Notes: generated from the sequence alone by a model not told the origin. A DNA stretch of 51,262 bases, filler included, from Catajapyx aquilonaris (GCA_000934665.2; 2 parts of 2 records of this genome joined end to end with filler, not necessarily neighbours in it); one strand, 5' to 3'. Counted from the whole stretch's first letter, positions 8,577-21,000 are shown. A program made the numbers and translations.

Positions 8577-11500
8577 ATCCCCATAGTCGCAATATTCCTA
8601 CTGCCCCCGTGATTTCGCACATCGTGGGCTCTTGCCTTCATGTCCCCGATTTGCCCTCCCGTAGGCATCCATTGCCCCTAATTACCATTTACATTTTTGG
8701 CACTGCGGTGGGTGCTCTTGTAGACACCGGGTCGTGTTTATCTCTGATCAATGCGGATATGGCCGAATGGGTCACCAGTAAAGGCGCGACATGCACAAAG
8801 GTGGACACCCCCCTCGTCACCGCCGCGGGCACGGTTACTGCGACGGACAGGTTCGATTTGCGAATCACTCTCGATGATATTTCGAGGCGCCAGACTTTCC
8901 TCGCCATTTCCGGTATGCAGATTCCGGTCCTCCTTGGCGTCGACTTCATTAGCGCCATGTCCATGGGCGTTTTTATGCATCTGCGGGGCTACACGCTTGG
9001 TCTTAAACCTACCCATGATATTGCTCCTTTTACTGACCCCCGTGCTTTCGATGGCGCCCTTCCCCCGTTGTTTGGACCTCCCCCCCACCCTCACACGGAT
9101 AATCCTCCTGCCACAAATAGCCCGCGTTCCCCCTTTCCTGATAACGGTAGGGACGAGACCCAGTTTGCCGAGGGTCTAGAGACCAATGTGACAACCCTGC
9201 ATTCCATGGAAAGTGCTGCGTCACACGTCGACCTGACCTCAAAAACCGGCCTCTCTTCCCCTCCTCCAACATTCACCACCCTTATATCCCACTCTCCCCC
9301 GGCGCGTCCAGACACCTCGGCTCGTTGTGAGGCCACGCTGGAGGAAATCCAGCCGGCTCTTTCGTCACTTATCGCTTCTGATCTTCCAGACGAGATTAAA
9401 GGGGGCTTGGAAAGTGTCCTGCGCAATCATGCCAGCATTTTCACTAAGAAACCGGGCTTACTGAAAGATTTCACGTACAAGTATGACGTAGGGGACATGC
9501 GCCAGATAGTCACCTCCCCTCTGCCAACCTCAAAAATGACTCGCGGAATTCTTGACGAACAGGTTCGCCAACTGCTTGACGACGGTATCATTGAACCAGG
9601 TTCAAGTAAGACGTACACGTACCGAGCCTTCCTTGTAAGTAAAAAAGATTCAGCCGACAAGCGCCTGGTGCTAAATCTTAAGCCGCTGAATGCCGCCAGT
9701 AAATATGTGCACCCCCAACCGGTCGCTCGCATCACGGACATTTTGAATCAATTAAGCGGGTTCGCGATCGCCACGGTCCTCGACATCCGACAAGCATTCC
9801 ACAGCATCGTCATTGACGAATCCTCTAGGGACTACTGTGGGTTTTCCTTACACAGCGGCACATACCGCTACGCCAGGCTGCCTTTCGGCTACAAGAACGC
9901 GATGCAGGTGTTTTCTGAGCGGCTACGCATAACCTTGGGCTCACTTCTGTGGACGAAGGCGGTAGTGTATTGTGACGACGTCGTTGTCATCAGCCACGAC
10001 ACATCCACTCATGTCCGCGATGTGGATGAGGTGCTCACCCTCCTCCAGGACAGTGGGTTCACGGTAAACCCGGCAAAGATGCAATGGGGCCGCCAAGAGA
10101 TCTCCCTCTTGGGCTTCGTGGTCAATAATGCCGGGTACCGCCCTCAGCCGGATAAAACCCGTGCGATCTCAAGTCTTCCCCCTCCCCGCTCCAAAAAGCA
10201 ACTGCAACGTATTTTGGGGCTATTTAACTTTTACCGCTCGTTTATCCCGGACATGACTAGTGCCACGATTCATATGCGACAACTCCTGAAAAATGAGGCC
10301 AAGTGGTCCTGGACGACGGACCATGGGCAGGAGCTTGACGGGTTGAAGCAGTCCCTGATTCAATGCACGGAACTCGCTCTTCCCGACTTGAACAAAGAAT
10401 TCCAGCTGCACACCGATTCCAGTTACACGGGAGTGGCTGCTGTTCTCATGCAAACCGATGACACTGGCCAGTTACGTCCCCTGTCGTTCAGATCGCGTCC
10501 GCTGACATCGCATGAACGCAATTACCCAATTAGCGAATTGGAAGCGCTCTCTATCATTTTCGGGTTGGAAAAGCATCGAGATTTGCTGGAACACTCCCGG
10601 GTAGTCATCGTCGTTGATCATCAGAGCCTCACTCACATTCTCAACTTTCGTGATGCACGCGGAAGAATTTATCGATGGCGCGATTTTATTTTGCAATTCG
10701 ACTTCGAGATTGTCTACAAGAAGGGTGCGCTCCATGTCGCTCCGGACTGTCTGTCTCGCACGACCGCCGGAATCCATGAGGATCAGGTGACTCGAGACGT
10801 GGCGGTCCTGGAGCACGTGGTCCCCTCTTTCCCTTCCTATGATCTGGGCCGAAAGTCGCGGGGGACCCAAACCGATCCCGAACAGGTAGTTGGCCCTCTT
10901 TCACTCCCATCCATTCCACGATCCACCGACGCGCTTCCGAGTGCCCTCCACGTTTTCCACCCCCAGGTCGCCCGAAACTCAGCACTGTCCCCGGATGTTT
11001 TTCTCCGTGAGCAGTTGACCGATGTTCACCTGGCGAACGTAGCCACTGCCATTAGGACGGACTTTGTGCAGGTCCATGAGGGCCTTCCCCCCCACGTCAA
11101 GAAGGACATTCGGTCCTACCATCTCGACCCTCAAGGTCTCATTGTGAAACGCATGCCTCGGCGAGGCAAAGAGCCGGACCAACCGAAGCAGCCTTTAATT
11201 GTGGTCCCGGCGTCACTGGTCCCCACCGTCCTCAAACACTACCACCTGAATCCCCTCCACTCCCATGCCGGTATCACGAAGACTTTGCGAAAGATCCAGC
11301 ACACATTTACGTGGTCAGGTATCAGAAAGGATATTGCTACTTTCATTGCTGGGTGTGAGTCTTGTCAATTGGCGAAGTACGCTAATTCCAGGCCTGCGGG
11401 CATCAGTGTTCCCAGGGAGGTCGCTCCCGAAACTTGGTCAACGATCAGCATAGACTTGGTGGGTCCCCTAATCCAATCAAAGGGGTTTCTCTATGCCCTT

Positions 11501-12304
11501 GCGGTTACTGACTGCCTGAGTTCTTGGACAGAACTGCTCCCCTTACGTAAGGCCACCTCCCACTCGATTATCCGGTCTCTCAGCACTATATTTATGCGGA
11601 ATGGGTTCCCAGCGGAAGTCACAATGGACAACAGTACCGCAAACAGGTCGCACCTGTTCCGAGAAATAGAGAAAGTGTTTGGAATCCGGCTGGTGCGCAC
11701 GCCGGCCTACGCCCAACAGGCTAACATTGTGGAGCGCAACGTGCAAACCATAAAAGTGTACTGGAGGGCTACCCTGGAATCGCAGAAGGACTGGGCTGAA
11801 TCCCTTCCCTTCCTCCAGTACGCCATCAACAGCCGTACACTGGAGAGCGCGGATGTGACCCCGGCCCTCCTACATTTTGGGCGCGAGCTCAAAACGGCTG
11901 TTGAATGGTCCGTATGCCCTCCGCAGCAAGATATCCCGTCAGACCCATCCTCCTACGCTCAGCAATTGTTGGCACGCCTGCGTGCAATGGTCAAACATGC
12001 GAGGACTCACATAGTGGCAGCGAGACAAGTGGGGATTCACAGGTATAACTTGAGGCGCAGGCCGGCCACCTTCCAGGTGGGTGACATGGTCCTTAAACGT
12101 GCCAGGACCCTATCCAACAATGCAGCGGGTGTCTCAGCATCAATGGCCCGTCCCTACGAGGGTCCATACCGAATCAAGGAAAGACCTTCTCCGAATACCT
12201 TCATATTAGAGGACATGCGCGGCAGGTCTGACGGGATCCTGTGGGCGGCAAACGACCTGAAGCATTACGTTGCACCCCCACCCGACTCCTCTCCGACGCC
12301 GTGA
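8495..12304 (+). CDS. pol: Pol polyprotein (protease, RT, RNase H, integrase) in the -1 frame relative to gag
   Basis: ALVDTGS; LPFGYKNA; YCDD; LHTDSSYTGVAAVL; H...HAG...CESC; IDLVGP/TMDN/VER; YEGPY; no stops. Confidence 0.97.
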   Translation, partial: GKRSRRGWYDRRPPPSFRSGRQSHVPINPHSRNIPTAPVISHIVGSCLHVPDLPSRRHPLPLITIYIFGTAVGALVDTGSCLSLINADMAEWVTSKGATCTKVDTPLVTAAGTVTATDRFDLRITLDDISRRQTFLAISGMQIPVLLGVDFISAMSMGVFMHLRGYTLGLKPTHDIAPFTDPRAFDGALPPLFGPPPHPHTDNPPATNSPRSPFPDNGRDETQFAEGLETNVTTLHSMESAASHVDLTSKTGLSSPPPTFTTLISHSPPARPDTSARCEATLEEIQPALSSLIASDLPDEIKGGLESVLRNHASIFTKKPGLLKDFTYKYDVGDMRQIVTSPLPTSKMTRGILDEQVRQLLDDGIIEPGSSKTYTYRAFLVSKKDSADKRLVLNLKPLNAASKYVHPQPVARITDILNQLSGFAIATVLDIRQAFHSIVIDESSRDYCGFSLHSGTYRYARLPFGYKNAMQVFSERLRITLGSLLWTKAVVYCDDVVVISHDTSTHVRDVDEVLTLLQDSGFTVNPAKMQWGRQEISLLGFVVNNAGYRPQPDKTRAISSLPPPRSKKQLQRILGLFNFYRSFIPDMTSATIHMRQLLKNEAKWSWTTDHGQELDGLKQSLIQCTELALPDLNKEFQLHTDSSYTGVAAVLMQTDDTGQLRPLSFRSRPLTSHERNYPISELEALSIIFGLEKHRDLLEHSRVVIVVDHQSLTHILNFRDARGRIYRWRDFILQFDFEIVYKKGALHVAPDCLSRTTAGIHEDQVTRDVAVLEHVVPSFPSYDLGRKSRGTQTDPEQVVGPLSLPSIPRSTDALPSALHVFHPQVARNSALSPDVFLREQLTDVHLANVATAIRTDFVQVHEGLPPHVKKDIRSYHLDPQGLIVKRMPRRGKEPDQPKQPLIVVPASLVPTVLKHYHLNPLHSHAGITKTLRKIQHTFTWSGIRKDIATFIAGCESCQLAKYANSRPAGISVPREVAPETWSTISIDLVGPLIQSKGFLYALAVTDCLSSWTELLPLRKATSHSIIRSLSTIFMRNGFPAEVTMDNSTANRSHLFREIEKVFGIRLVRTPAYAQQANIVERNVQTIKVYWRATLESQKDWAESLPFLQYAINSRTLESADVTPALLHFGRELKTAVEWSVCPPQQDIPSDPSSYAQQLLARLRAMVKHARTHIVAARQVGIHRYNLRRRPATFQVGDMVLKRARTLSNNAAGVSASMARPYEGPYRIKERPSPNTFILEDMRGRSDGILWAANDLKHYVAPPPDSSPTP

Positions 12305-12426
12305 CATTGTCTCCCCATTTCCTTCATCAGTCCGCATCCACTCCACCCCCAGGCGCGGTTTTACTCTCAGTTTCATACCTGTTACTTTCGCAGCTCGCCT
12401 CCTTGCCTACGTATAGCCCCAGTCGG

Positions 12427-12912
12427 ATGGATCGCGCGAGGCATGCTCCATACACCTGCCCCCCCGTAAGTCATTTCCAATACACCTCCTTTTCCTACGA
12501 CCCCCCCTCCTCCCGTCGTTGCCGCGGTTGGACGTGGGCCACATCGGCGGAGTACATGTGGGCTTCCCGCCTCCTTCGCCTCCCCAACCCGATCTGGCCT
12601 TCACCTCTGGTTCCTCTCCGCCTGCTCCTGGATGAGCACGCCCGCCTTGTAGAGGCCTACGATCTCCAAACAGAAGAACTAGCCTCTCTCCGGCATCCAC
12701 ATCCTACGGAGGTCCAGCGTTCAGATGCGTCGACCTCTCCACGGCTCATCACCAGACGCAGGCGGAGGGCACGTCGACGACCCCGACAGCAACCGACGCC
12801 GGCGGTCATTGGCGAGGCCTGTGTTTCTTCCCCCACGCTGGACGTGACCACCGTCCAGGACAGCGACCCGGATGTGTTAACTCTCTCTGAGGACATTCTT
12901 TTTAGCGATTAG
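12427..12912 (+). CDS. Accessory third ORF of the Gypsy element (Arg-rich motif, acidic tail), not env
   Basis: 161-aa ORF from ATG 12427 (frame open from 12241); TRRRRRARRRPR; DSDPDVLTLSEDILFSD; no signal peptide or transmembrane segment. Confidence 0.55.
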   Translation: MDRARHAPYTCPPVSHFQYTSFSYDPPSSRRCRGWTWATSAEYMWASRLLRLPNPIWPSPLVPLRLLLDEHARLVEAYDLQTEELASLRHPHPTEVQRSDASTSPRLITRRRRRARRRPRQQPTPAVIGEACVSSPTLDVTTVQDSDPDVLTLSEDILFSD

Positions 12913-12999
12913 CCGGTTATGTAACTCTGTTCACCCCATTTTTGTCATTGAGATTTGTGCCCCCTCACCTTCCCCCTCCCCCCCCCCCCCCCCCCCCCN

Positions 13000-13287
13000 A
13001 AGGGCAGCACCAGAAGGCTCGGAGGGGTCAGGGAGGGTAGGGGTACCTGGGGGACATCCTCCTACCACCCACCACCAGTCTCCGGCCACCCAGCATCAGA
13101 CGAGTGTCGGCTGGTGGTCACCGGATCTCTCCATAAGTAGGTAGGTTAGACACGCCATTTTGGTGGGGCTGTATAACCACGTTGCAATAAACAATCAGGG
13201 CGAACCTAGTCGTTTCAATTGGGGGTTAGTGAAGGGGTCACGGAGTGAGCGAGGACGACAACCCCCCAAGAGGTAAGAACCGGCACA
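13000..13287 (+). repeat. 3' LTR (5' end and PPT lost in the poly-C/N junction)
   Basis: 288 bp identical to 6920-7207. Confidence 0.93.
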
Positions 13288-13449
13288 AATTGTTTCTCAG
13301 CAAGTAAGTCAGGTCAGGAGTACACTAAATTCCTGAGCTTGGGAAGTCAGGTAGGGCGCATGCGCACTTACTTCAGGGGGCGTGGCACCTGATTTGCCGA
13401 ACATCCAAACAGCCCAGGAAGTCAGATTCCTGAATTGCCGAATACGCCT
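13288..13449. repeat. Right-hand part of a Harbinger-like MITE
   Basis: Repeated gtcagg/attcctga motifs ending CCGAATACGCC-TTA; left end absent. Confidence 0.4.
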
Positions 13450-13990
13450 TATAGCATGGAATAGCCCTTTGTCTGGGTGATGCTGTATGGCTTTTTGTAA
13501 CCGCAACAGTACTGTACATTGTTGTGGCCCTGCCAGGCACGGTACGTCGCCTGTACGTGATATTTTTAGTTTTTGCGGAGCGCTAGCGGAGCTGGGCGCT
13601 TATTGTGGGTTTCTGTATCCGCCTACAATGCGGTCCTCATTGTGCGCCGCAGGCCAACGATCGTTATTGTGGCTTTGTCAAGCGCGAAATTTACCCCCAC
13701 AGAGTCTGTTAAACCAACTAATGACAAGCGACGTCACAATCCGCCCGCATCCACCCTACTCTCTCCTCCAATCATGTCCACGACTCACTCTGCAGACATA
13801 CTACTGCTCATGCTCAGAAAACACGGCTGGTGTGACCTCATGTCGTTCTGCAGCAACCATCGTAGCATTTTTTGCCACCTCCTTCCCAGCACTCCCAACC
13901 CCGCCGCGCCGCGTCTCTAGATGCGGATAAACGATAAACTTTCCAGATTTTCATTGTTGCCTAACGCTTTCTTGAGCTGGAATGTTTCTC

Positions 13991-14194
13991 CGTAACCCAG
14001 CAACTTACGATTCGAACTGAGAGAAACAATGACACCATCTGTATTCTGGTCCAACTTGAGGAATTAATTGCGGGGTCCCTGGTCACTTCCCGGACTTCAA
14101 CCCCAGAAGCAAAACAACGATTCAAAGGGTCAGCAAGCCGCAGGTACTGTTTCCAAATTGATTCGGGGAATGTCCCGTATACTTGACATAAGCC
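13991..14194. repeat. Truncated copy of the MITE at 25982-26232 (opposite orientation)
   Basis: About 200 bp aligns by eye to the reverse complement of 25982-26190 (cttacgattcga, ctggtcacttcc, cagaagcaaaacaacga, ccgcaggtactgtttcc, cgtatacttgac). Confidence 0.8.
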
Positions 14195-14569
14195 AAATAA
14201 ATAAATTCGTCTCCCCTCTTACGTCAATCAGGTAGGATTTAATATTCATAAGGTGCCACATAGTTTTTATGAGAGGGAATATAGGTGCCCCCCTTACCCG
14301 ACATTGAAAAAACGAAGCCTGACTTAATTGTTCTTAATATTTGAGTGAGTAAGTGCTAGAGTACTTACGTGAGGTCACGATTCACCTTAGCTGCAATACT
14401 CATGTTTCCCTTACCGTCCCCCATGTCTGTAGAATTAAGAGCATAAATTCCTGCAACCGCTTTCATAAAATAGAAAGCAGAATATTGAAGTCAACAAGAG
14501 TTGTTTCCATAGATACTGTATATGTACAGTAGGGTTCTCTGTTTGTCAAGGACTATGAATTTATTCTGA

Positions 14570-14720
14570 GAGTGGGAGAAAGCGGAAGAACCCCAAGAAA
14601 CCCTACATCAAAATGGAGAGACCCATCGAAACTCTTTCAACTGAAAAAATTTTCTCCTCCCTGCCGGCCCGGGGATTGAACTCACCACTCGAGACCTCAG
14701 AGGTGATACGACTAAGCCCT
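14570..14720 (-). mobile_element. Degenerate tRNA-derived SINE fragment
   Basis: B-box-like GAGTTCAATCCCC on - strand with a SINE-like body. Confidence 0.4.
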
Positions 14721-15026
14721 TGAGGAACCTTGTCGCCCGATTATCTATAAGTAGTATTACCTATACAGTTGTTAGAAACATTCTGCATAACGCGAAGAGG
14801 AACAAGACCAGTACCGTGAAGTACGATGATGTATGTTTCCAGATTTCAACAACAACAAGATTTTCCACCAGCATAATTTTATTATGTGCTACCGTCCTGA
14901 TTAATTTTCAGTCAAAATATGGGCAATTTTACAGTTTTTAGATATCATGTTTTCTAAAGTGAAAGTTTCCTATGAGAATAATATTATTAGACTGAAATGT
15001 GCTTATTGTCCGAATGTTGAGAATGA

Positions 15027-18000
15027 TCACTGCCCAACTGCTAGTGGACTTTCTTCGGTGGCTTCCGGTTTTGGAGGAAATGGGTCACGTTGACGTTGAA
15101 TGCCCTTCTGGCATCCAGAATCTTCCTGAAATGTTGGAATCAGCACATGTTAGATAACTGGAACAACACAAGCTGTATGCCTAAATCATTGTTTAGTGCA
15201 CTCTCCGATGATGATTATGATGATGTTGCAGCAGGATATGCTTCACACATTTCCAGATAGATTTGGACATTATGTGTGAGTTTCTCGTCGACACCATAAA
15301 CGTCATTGACTTACCTGGAAGACAGGGGCCACGTGATGCAGCAATGTAGCACGATTCTCCAGTTTCTGCCTGAGGAAATGCTCATCGCGATGAGCCCTGT
15401 CTGATTTCCTCATAGCCAGAAACCGCAACTGCCAGGCCTTCTCTCCGAGATGCACACGTCGCTCTACCCACTCCGTCTGCAACGAGCAAGGCACCGTCGT
15501 CACTGTTCATGCAAGCGATTGTGAATTTGTGATTGCAGTTGGTCCATACCTGCTGAACACTCGTCGGGAATGCGAGAGAGGCCAGTTTGGTCCAGTTCAT
15601 CTTGATGGAAAATTCCAAGTCGTCTTCCCATATCTCGGCCATATCACGCATTTCCTCTTTAGGTTGTTCTTCTCTCTGTCTAGCAACGTCTGCTATCCGG
15701 CCGTAATGGAAGTGGACTCCCGCAGGTGGTTCCAGATCAGGTTCCAGATCCTGGTCATCTGGTTTCTTGCTACTTGTTAAGACAAAGATTTGACAACTGT
15801 TGACTTACAATAGATGCACAAGTAGTGAACCACAAGTAGTTACGGTTAAATAATTTAAACATAATTGTGCGTTCCTTGCACATGATGCTTTGGCTGCGCA
15901 TTTTAAAGTTCTACAATTTTGAAATGTTAAATTGGTAGCATACCTGGGATGGGAATGCCATGAAGGGTAATCCACCAATCCGGCGCTTTTGGGTGAGTAA
16001 CTCGTTGTCAAATGGCTACCGTGCGACAAAGCATCATAATAGCGTTCGTTGTCATACGACAAGTAGTGACCGCTTCTAGTGTCATATTCATCTGGAAGCA
16101 CAATATCTCCTTTCTCTTCTTTGGTAAGCACTATATCAGGAGCACGATGAAAGCCCTCATGGAGGACACGCAAACTTCTGCCACTAGGTAGACTGCCTCT
16201 TGCTTGGTCTCTACGTCCAGGAGAGAGAGTAACTGCCTTCACAGCTCGACTGTGCTGGGGCACACCTAGTGAACCAACCCCATCAGGGAAGTGCCTTTCT
16301 TGCCTCCCCACATCATGACCTACATCGTCATACCGACTCTCTCCTTGACGCTCAGTGCCGCCCTTGGACTCGGGCTGCTGGATAACCCTATTTGCTGGTT
16401 CAAATCCACCATAGGTGTCTTTGTGCTCCACAAAACGCACCCTCTTAGATTCTTCGGGAGTAATCTGGGCATTTCTAGACAGTCCGGACGCCACGAGCCC
16501 TTCCAAGTTCCCGTCGTCCTTCGGAGGCGGTTTGTCATGCACCGGATGGAACTCTCCTGCACTGCGACGGATCTTGGACACAGAGTATCCCACGGCCTTC
16601 GGGTCAGCATCAGCCTTCTCTGACTCTGTGGACTCTTCAAACAACAGTCTTGTAGGAGTGGTGGGCTCCGTGTGTCTCCGTTTGGCAGCATCCATCAGTT
16701 CGACCTCCCAGTCTAAGCTCTCTATTTCTCTCCTCTCCTCCTTCTCTAGCTCGATGCCTGGAATCACCACGTTTGAGTAGTACTCCTCGATTTTCTTGGC
16801 AACTTCTTCGGGATTGGATGATGGCGACGGAGAAGTAGGAGCGCCTTCGTCTTGACCTCTTATCATGCTTTCTATCAGCTGGATCCTTTCCTGCTTGGCC
16901 TCCTTCTCCTCTGGCTTGAACAACTGCTTTTTATGATTCCTCTCGTCTCTTTTTGTTGCTATCGGTGAGGTGTGTCGCCTCTCTGGGACAGCTCTTCGGT
17001 CAGTACCCTCGCTCAACACTATTCGGAATTTCTTTTTATAGTCCTTTTCTTCCTCCATTTTTCTCCTAATCAAGTAATATACTGCGTTAGTAGACTCTGC
17101 TATATAATTATGGTATGTCTAATCCTCGTTGTATTGGAACCCTTAACATAAATCAGTGGCTGCACTGTATCCTACACAGTGTACCGTACTGATGAAAATA
17201 ACAATTCAGATTGAAAATAAGAAAGTGGTACAACCTGGCGATTTCTGATGGAGAGAGTGGTCGACCCTGTTTGTCATATTCCGTTTTTCCTTTAGATTTC
17301 TAGTAAAAATAAATTTTGCCCATTACTATATGGTGCGTACAACACAGCAGGATTTATCAAAATCTTAGTTAATAATATTATTGAGGACAACTATTATACA
17401 GTATAAATTCTAAAACACTATAACCACATAAGATTTTGATAACAATATATATTGAATAGGGATGCAGCAATTTCTTATTACTTATTTCTTATTACTGTTA
17501 CACTAATTATAGCAAATTCTTGGTGCTGCCTAATTGAAATCTAGCCAATGCAGACTAGAGAGTACGGTAATATTATGGCCATTTCTTAACAATAAATTCA
17601 TGTGTAGCATGTGAATAATTACAGTGAGCTAGGACAGGCAGTGGTTCAAACTTACACATCAGAAAGTCACCCTTAATTAGACATAATACGAGAACGTAAA
17701 TAACTTACATCATTTGTGACTTGGAATTATGAGGCCCAGAAAGTCTTCATAAATGATTAGGATTTTTAGTCGTATTTTGGTTACAAATACAGACCAAATT
17801 TGCTGTATGGGGTACAAATTTTAAGATCAGATTAACTTGGATGGAAATTTTATTTACTCCTCTGATATAATTATTTCATGTAATTTTTTCATGAGGATCA
17901 TGCAGGCTGAAGTTGTAGACCTCGGTTAAGAAGAGAATACGTGAGGTTTACACAGTCATACTTTTATGTGCAAATTTGAACTACTTTTAAGTGTAGGGTT

Positions 18001-21000
18001 GTGTTAGTTACGTACTGAGAGTACACTGTGCTAGGATAATCTTCTGCAAAATTGTGCAATATTTTACCATTGATTTTCTTTTCAGTGCCTCTGTTAAACT
18101 TTCTATCTCGGCGTTTGCGGTCTCCAAGGCATCTGCAGACTGTCTTTTCATCATAACTAACTGTCTCCTTGAATCATACAATTCCTCGTTTAAAATGGTC
18201 ACTTCTTTTGTGGCCCACTCCAGCTTTCTTTTCATCTTCACCATTTCCTCGTCTGCATGCGTCTGAATCTGTGTGGAAAGGAAACAAGGTATACAGATAC
18301 ATGCGAATAAAATGTTATCGCAATGCTTATGTTGTAGTCCCGCACTGAACCGATCGGTTCATTTGGTAAGTCGCTCGTTGTAACTTGCCTCACTAACAAA
18401 TACTGATATTTACATAAAACTTTTTAATAACATCGCCGGATTGCACAATAACATCAGTGCTTTTTGGCCAAGTTTTTGAACATTTTCTCTCGTTCGTGTT
18501 AATTACACTAAACTTAACTACAAATACTGTATATGTAGCAGAGTAGTGGAATAGGCTACTCCTCATCCCATTTTCTTCAGAAACTTACAGCTGCATGCCG
18601 TGAACCTTTTCGTGCTGGTATACCGCCTTCGACTGACACATCACATGACGCTCTAAGTGGTGGGTTTAACGCCAGATCCATCTCAAACTCCATGGCATTC
18701 TTTTTGTCCATTAATTCGTTATACATCTCTGTTATTACCATCATCCACTCCTCAATTGCGAGTAAGCATGATAGTTCGCTTTGGATAATGTCACCCTAGA
18801 ATAATACATTGTACGTATATAAGTTGTGAGTAATAAAAAAGCATGGGTTGAATATTATGAAGTGTGAGAAAACGTGTTACTTGAAATCAACTGCAATGAT
18901 TCTTGCAGAAGCATATAAAAATTAATAAACAAAATTGTACGGGTTCTAGAATTAGGGGTGACAAATATGTTATTAGATTTTCTTGTCGTAGAAGCAATAT
19001 TTGCACCTGCTTCATCCTGTCATTCACTAGTTTAATTTTCTGAGTGCATTTAATTATTGGGTTGTCTGCGGGATTATCGTAGGATCTCATGGGGACCACT
19101 TCATTCAGTGCAGATAGTGCAGTGTCCAAAATGTCTGTGTATCGCTGCGCCCGCTGAAATGAAAGCGTCGGTGAGAGAGTTATGGATATACTCACTAAAT
19201 ATCAAACATACCGATACTGATTAGACCACATGGTGTAAGTACAATACAGTTACAAAATACTTACAGTTGACGCGTTTAGGGTAACGTCCTTCCCGCCAAT
19301 CTTGTATGCCGCGCGATGATGTGCGAAGCATTGCCTCCGAAACCCTTTTCTCATTTCATTTAGGCGTTCTCGGTATTCATTATACACGAAACGCACACTG
19401 CCGAAAAGCTTTGTGAATCTGCGAGGAAATTGGTTTAGTGCGGCGGACGGGTCTTGTTGCACAGTACAGTGTGCAAAATAATGTCATAGAATTACTGCAA
19501 ATAATGTGAAGCATAAAAGGTACTTACACTCTCCTGGTACTCTCTTCTAAGTACCCTTCGATGGAGATGTTTCTAGATTGTATAACAAAGTCCAAATCCG
19601 CTTTCATGCTAGCAATTTCCTGAAATCCGCAATTGATTATTATTAGTTCCTCCGCATAATTCTGCATACGAATGGGTTTTCTCATAATTGGGAGCCAGTT
19701 TTCACCATAAATGGTGTTTCATAATGATTCAGATTTCACACCTGGCTGATGAATCGTCGATGGTGAAACATCACCACTTTACGTAGAAATGTGTTATCTA
19801 GTCTCCACAGCCTTTTGAAGAGATAGAGGGGTATGATTTTGAAGAGAAAAAAGAACTACTTGAGGTACTGTATTTGCACAATACTGCGTTACCATATTAT
19901 ATGAGGACATGTTAGCAGGTAATGAGAGAATAATGAGGCTGTTGCTAGCACACAAGGTATAAGCCATGGCTCCCATATAGGTATTTTAAAAAAAATTAGT
20001 GTCGTATAATGGATCAGATGTGACCATGCGACATTAAATGTGCTATTAAGTATTCATATGAGCAAAACAGGTCATGTCTTCACCACTAAAACTTACATTT
20101 TTGGAGCCTCTGGAAGCAAAAGTGCAAACCGCATATTATGTAGAATTATTACTTAAAATTTCATACGGCAGATGTGTCAAATAGCTGGAACCTGCCTAAG
20201 ATTTGTGTTAAAATGGAATAGTGCACTTACGAACCCTTCTGAGTATTATATATAAATATTGCTCAAGTTCACTGTTCGTTCCTGAAAAACTACGCATAGC
20301 GCAGATGTAGAGCAATCTTGTCCTGAGGCGACTAGCTCTGAAACCAGTTTTTATTATTCTGTAGGCCTACGCGTAAAATAATGATCCTGTACTTCCGACT
20401 AGCTCGAGGTATATTAGTGTTAGCCTGAATCATTATGAAACACCCTATGCAACGTGACGAGACAACCTCTAGAAAGCCATCGACGCGATTTCCTATTTGC
20501 TTGACGTCGACAATTCCCTCTTCAGTCTGCGTGTAGGTGGAAGTGCAAGGGTAGCCAATCTGGAGTTGGTTCAAAAAGCTAATTCTGTTGAGGACATTGA
20601 AACACTGATCAGACGCCACGAGTCATGTGATTGAGAAGTGACACTTGAATTATAATACGACGCGAGGCCTGTAAAATCCTGCGTTGCTTATTTTCAATGC
20701 AAACACTGTACGAGTGTACGTGTACTGTACAGGACTATTATTTACCTCTCGGGTTGCGACGGCTGTTCAGGAATTATAGTTTCACTTCGCGTTTGGAACT
20801 CATAAGTATCAAGCTCGTCCCTCAAAGCATCCGCTTTCTTCATCCATTCCATAAATAACGGTGGGTAATAGACGAGATGGCCCATATGACCGCTGAAAAA
20901 CATGTCAATTGATTATACCTTTAACTTCACAACCGCGAATTCCTCTATGTGCAGTGTTTTATCTTATATATATATTTTTGCAATGGCTTCTAGAAAATGT

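Larger units (their letters stand above)
6881..13287 (+). mobile_element. Full-length Ty3/Gypsy LTR retrotransposon
   Basis: TG...CA LTR, PBS, gag, pol in PR-RT-RH-IN order, third ORF, second LTR. Confidence 0.97.

Noticed and set aside
7135..12896. Numerous antisense and overlapping ORFs inside the Gypsy element
   Set aside because: Expected shadow ORFs of GC-rich coding sequence; no motifs
19746..19780. CTGATGA...GAAA hammerhead-like core
   Set aside because: Stem II is weak and there is no stem III or NUH cleavage site
19740..20340. Extra exon-like segments with GT donors inside the C10orf67-like gene
   Set aside because: Exon 3 joins exon 4 directly in phase and in line with the recalled domain pattern, so they are not needed; alternative use cannot be excluded
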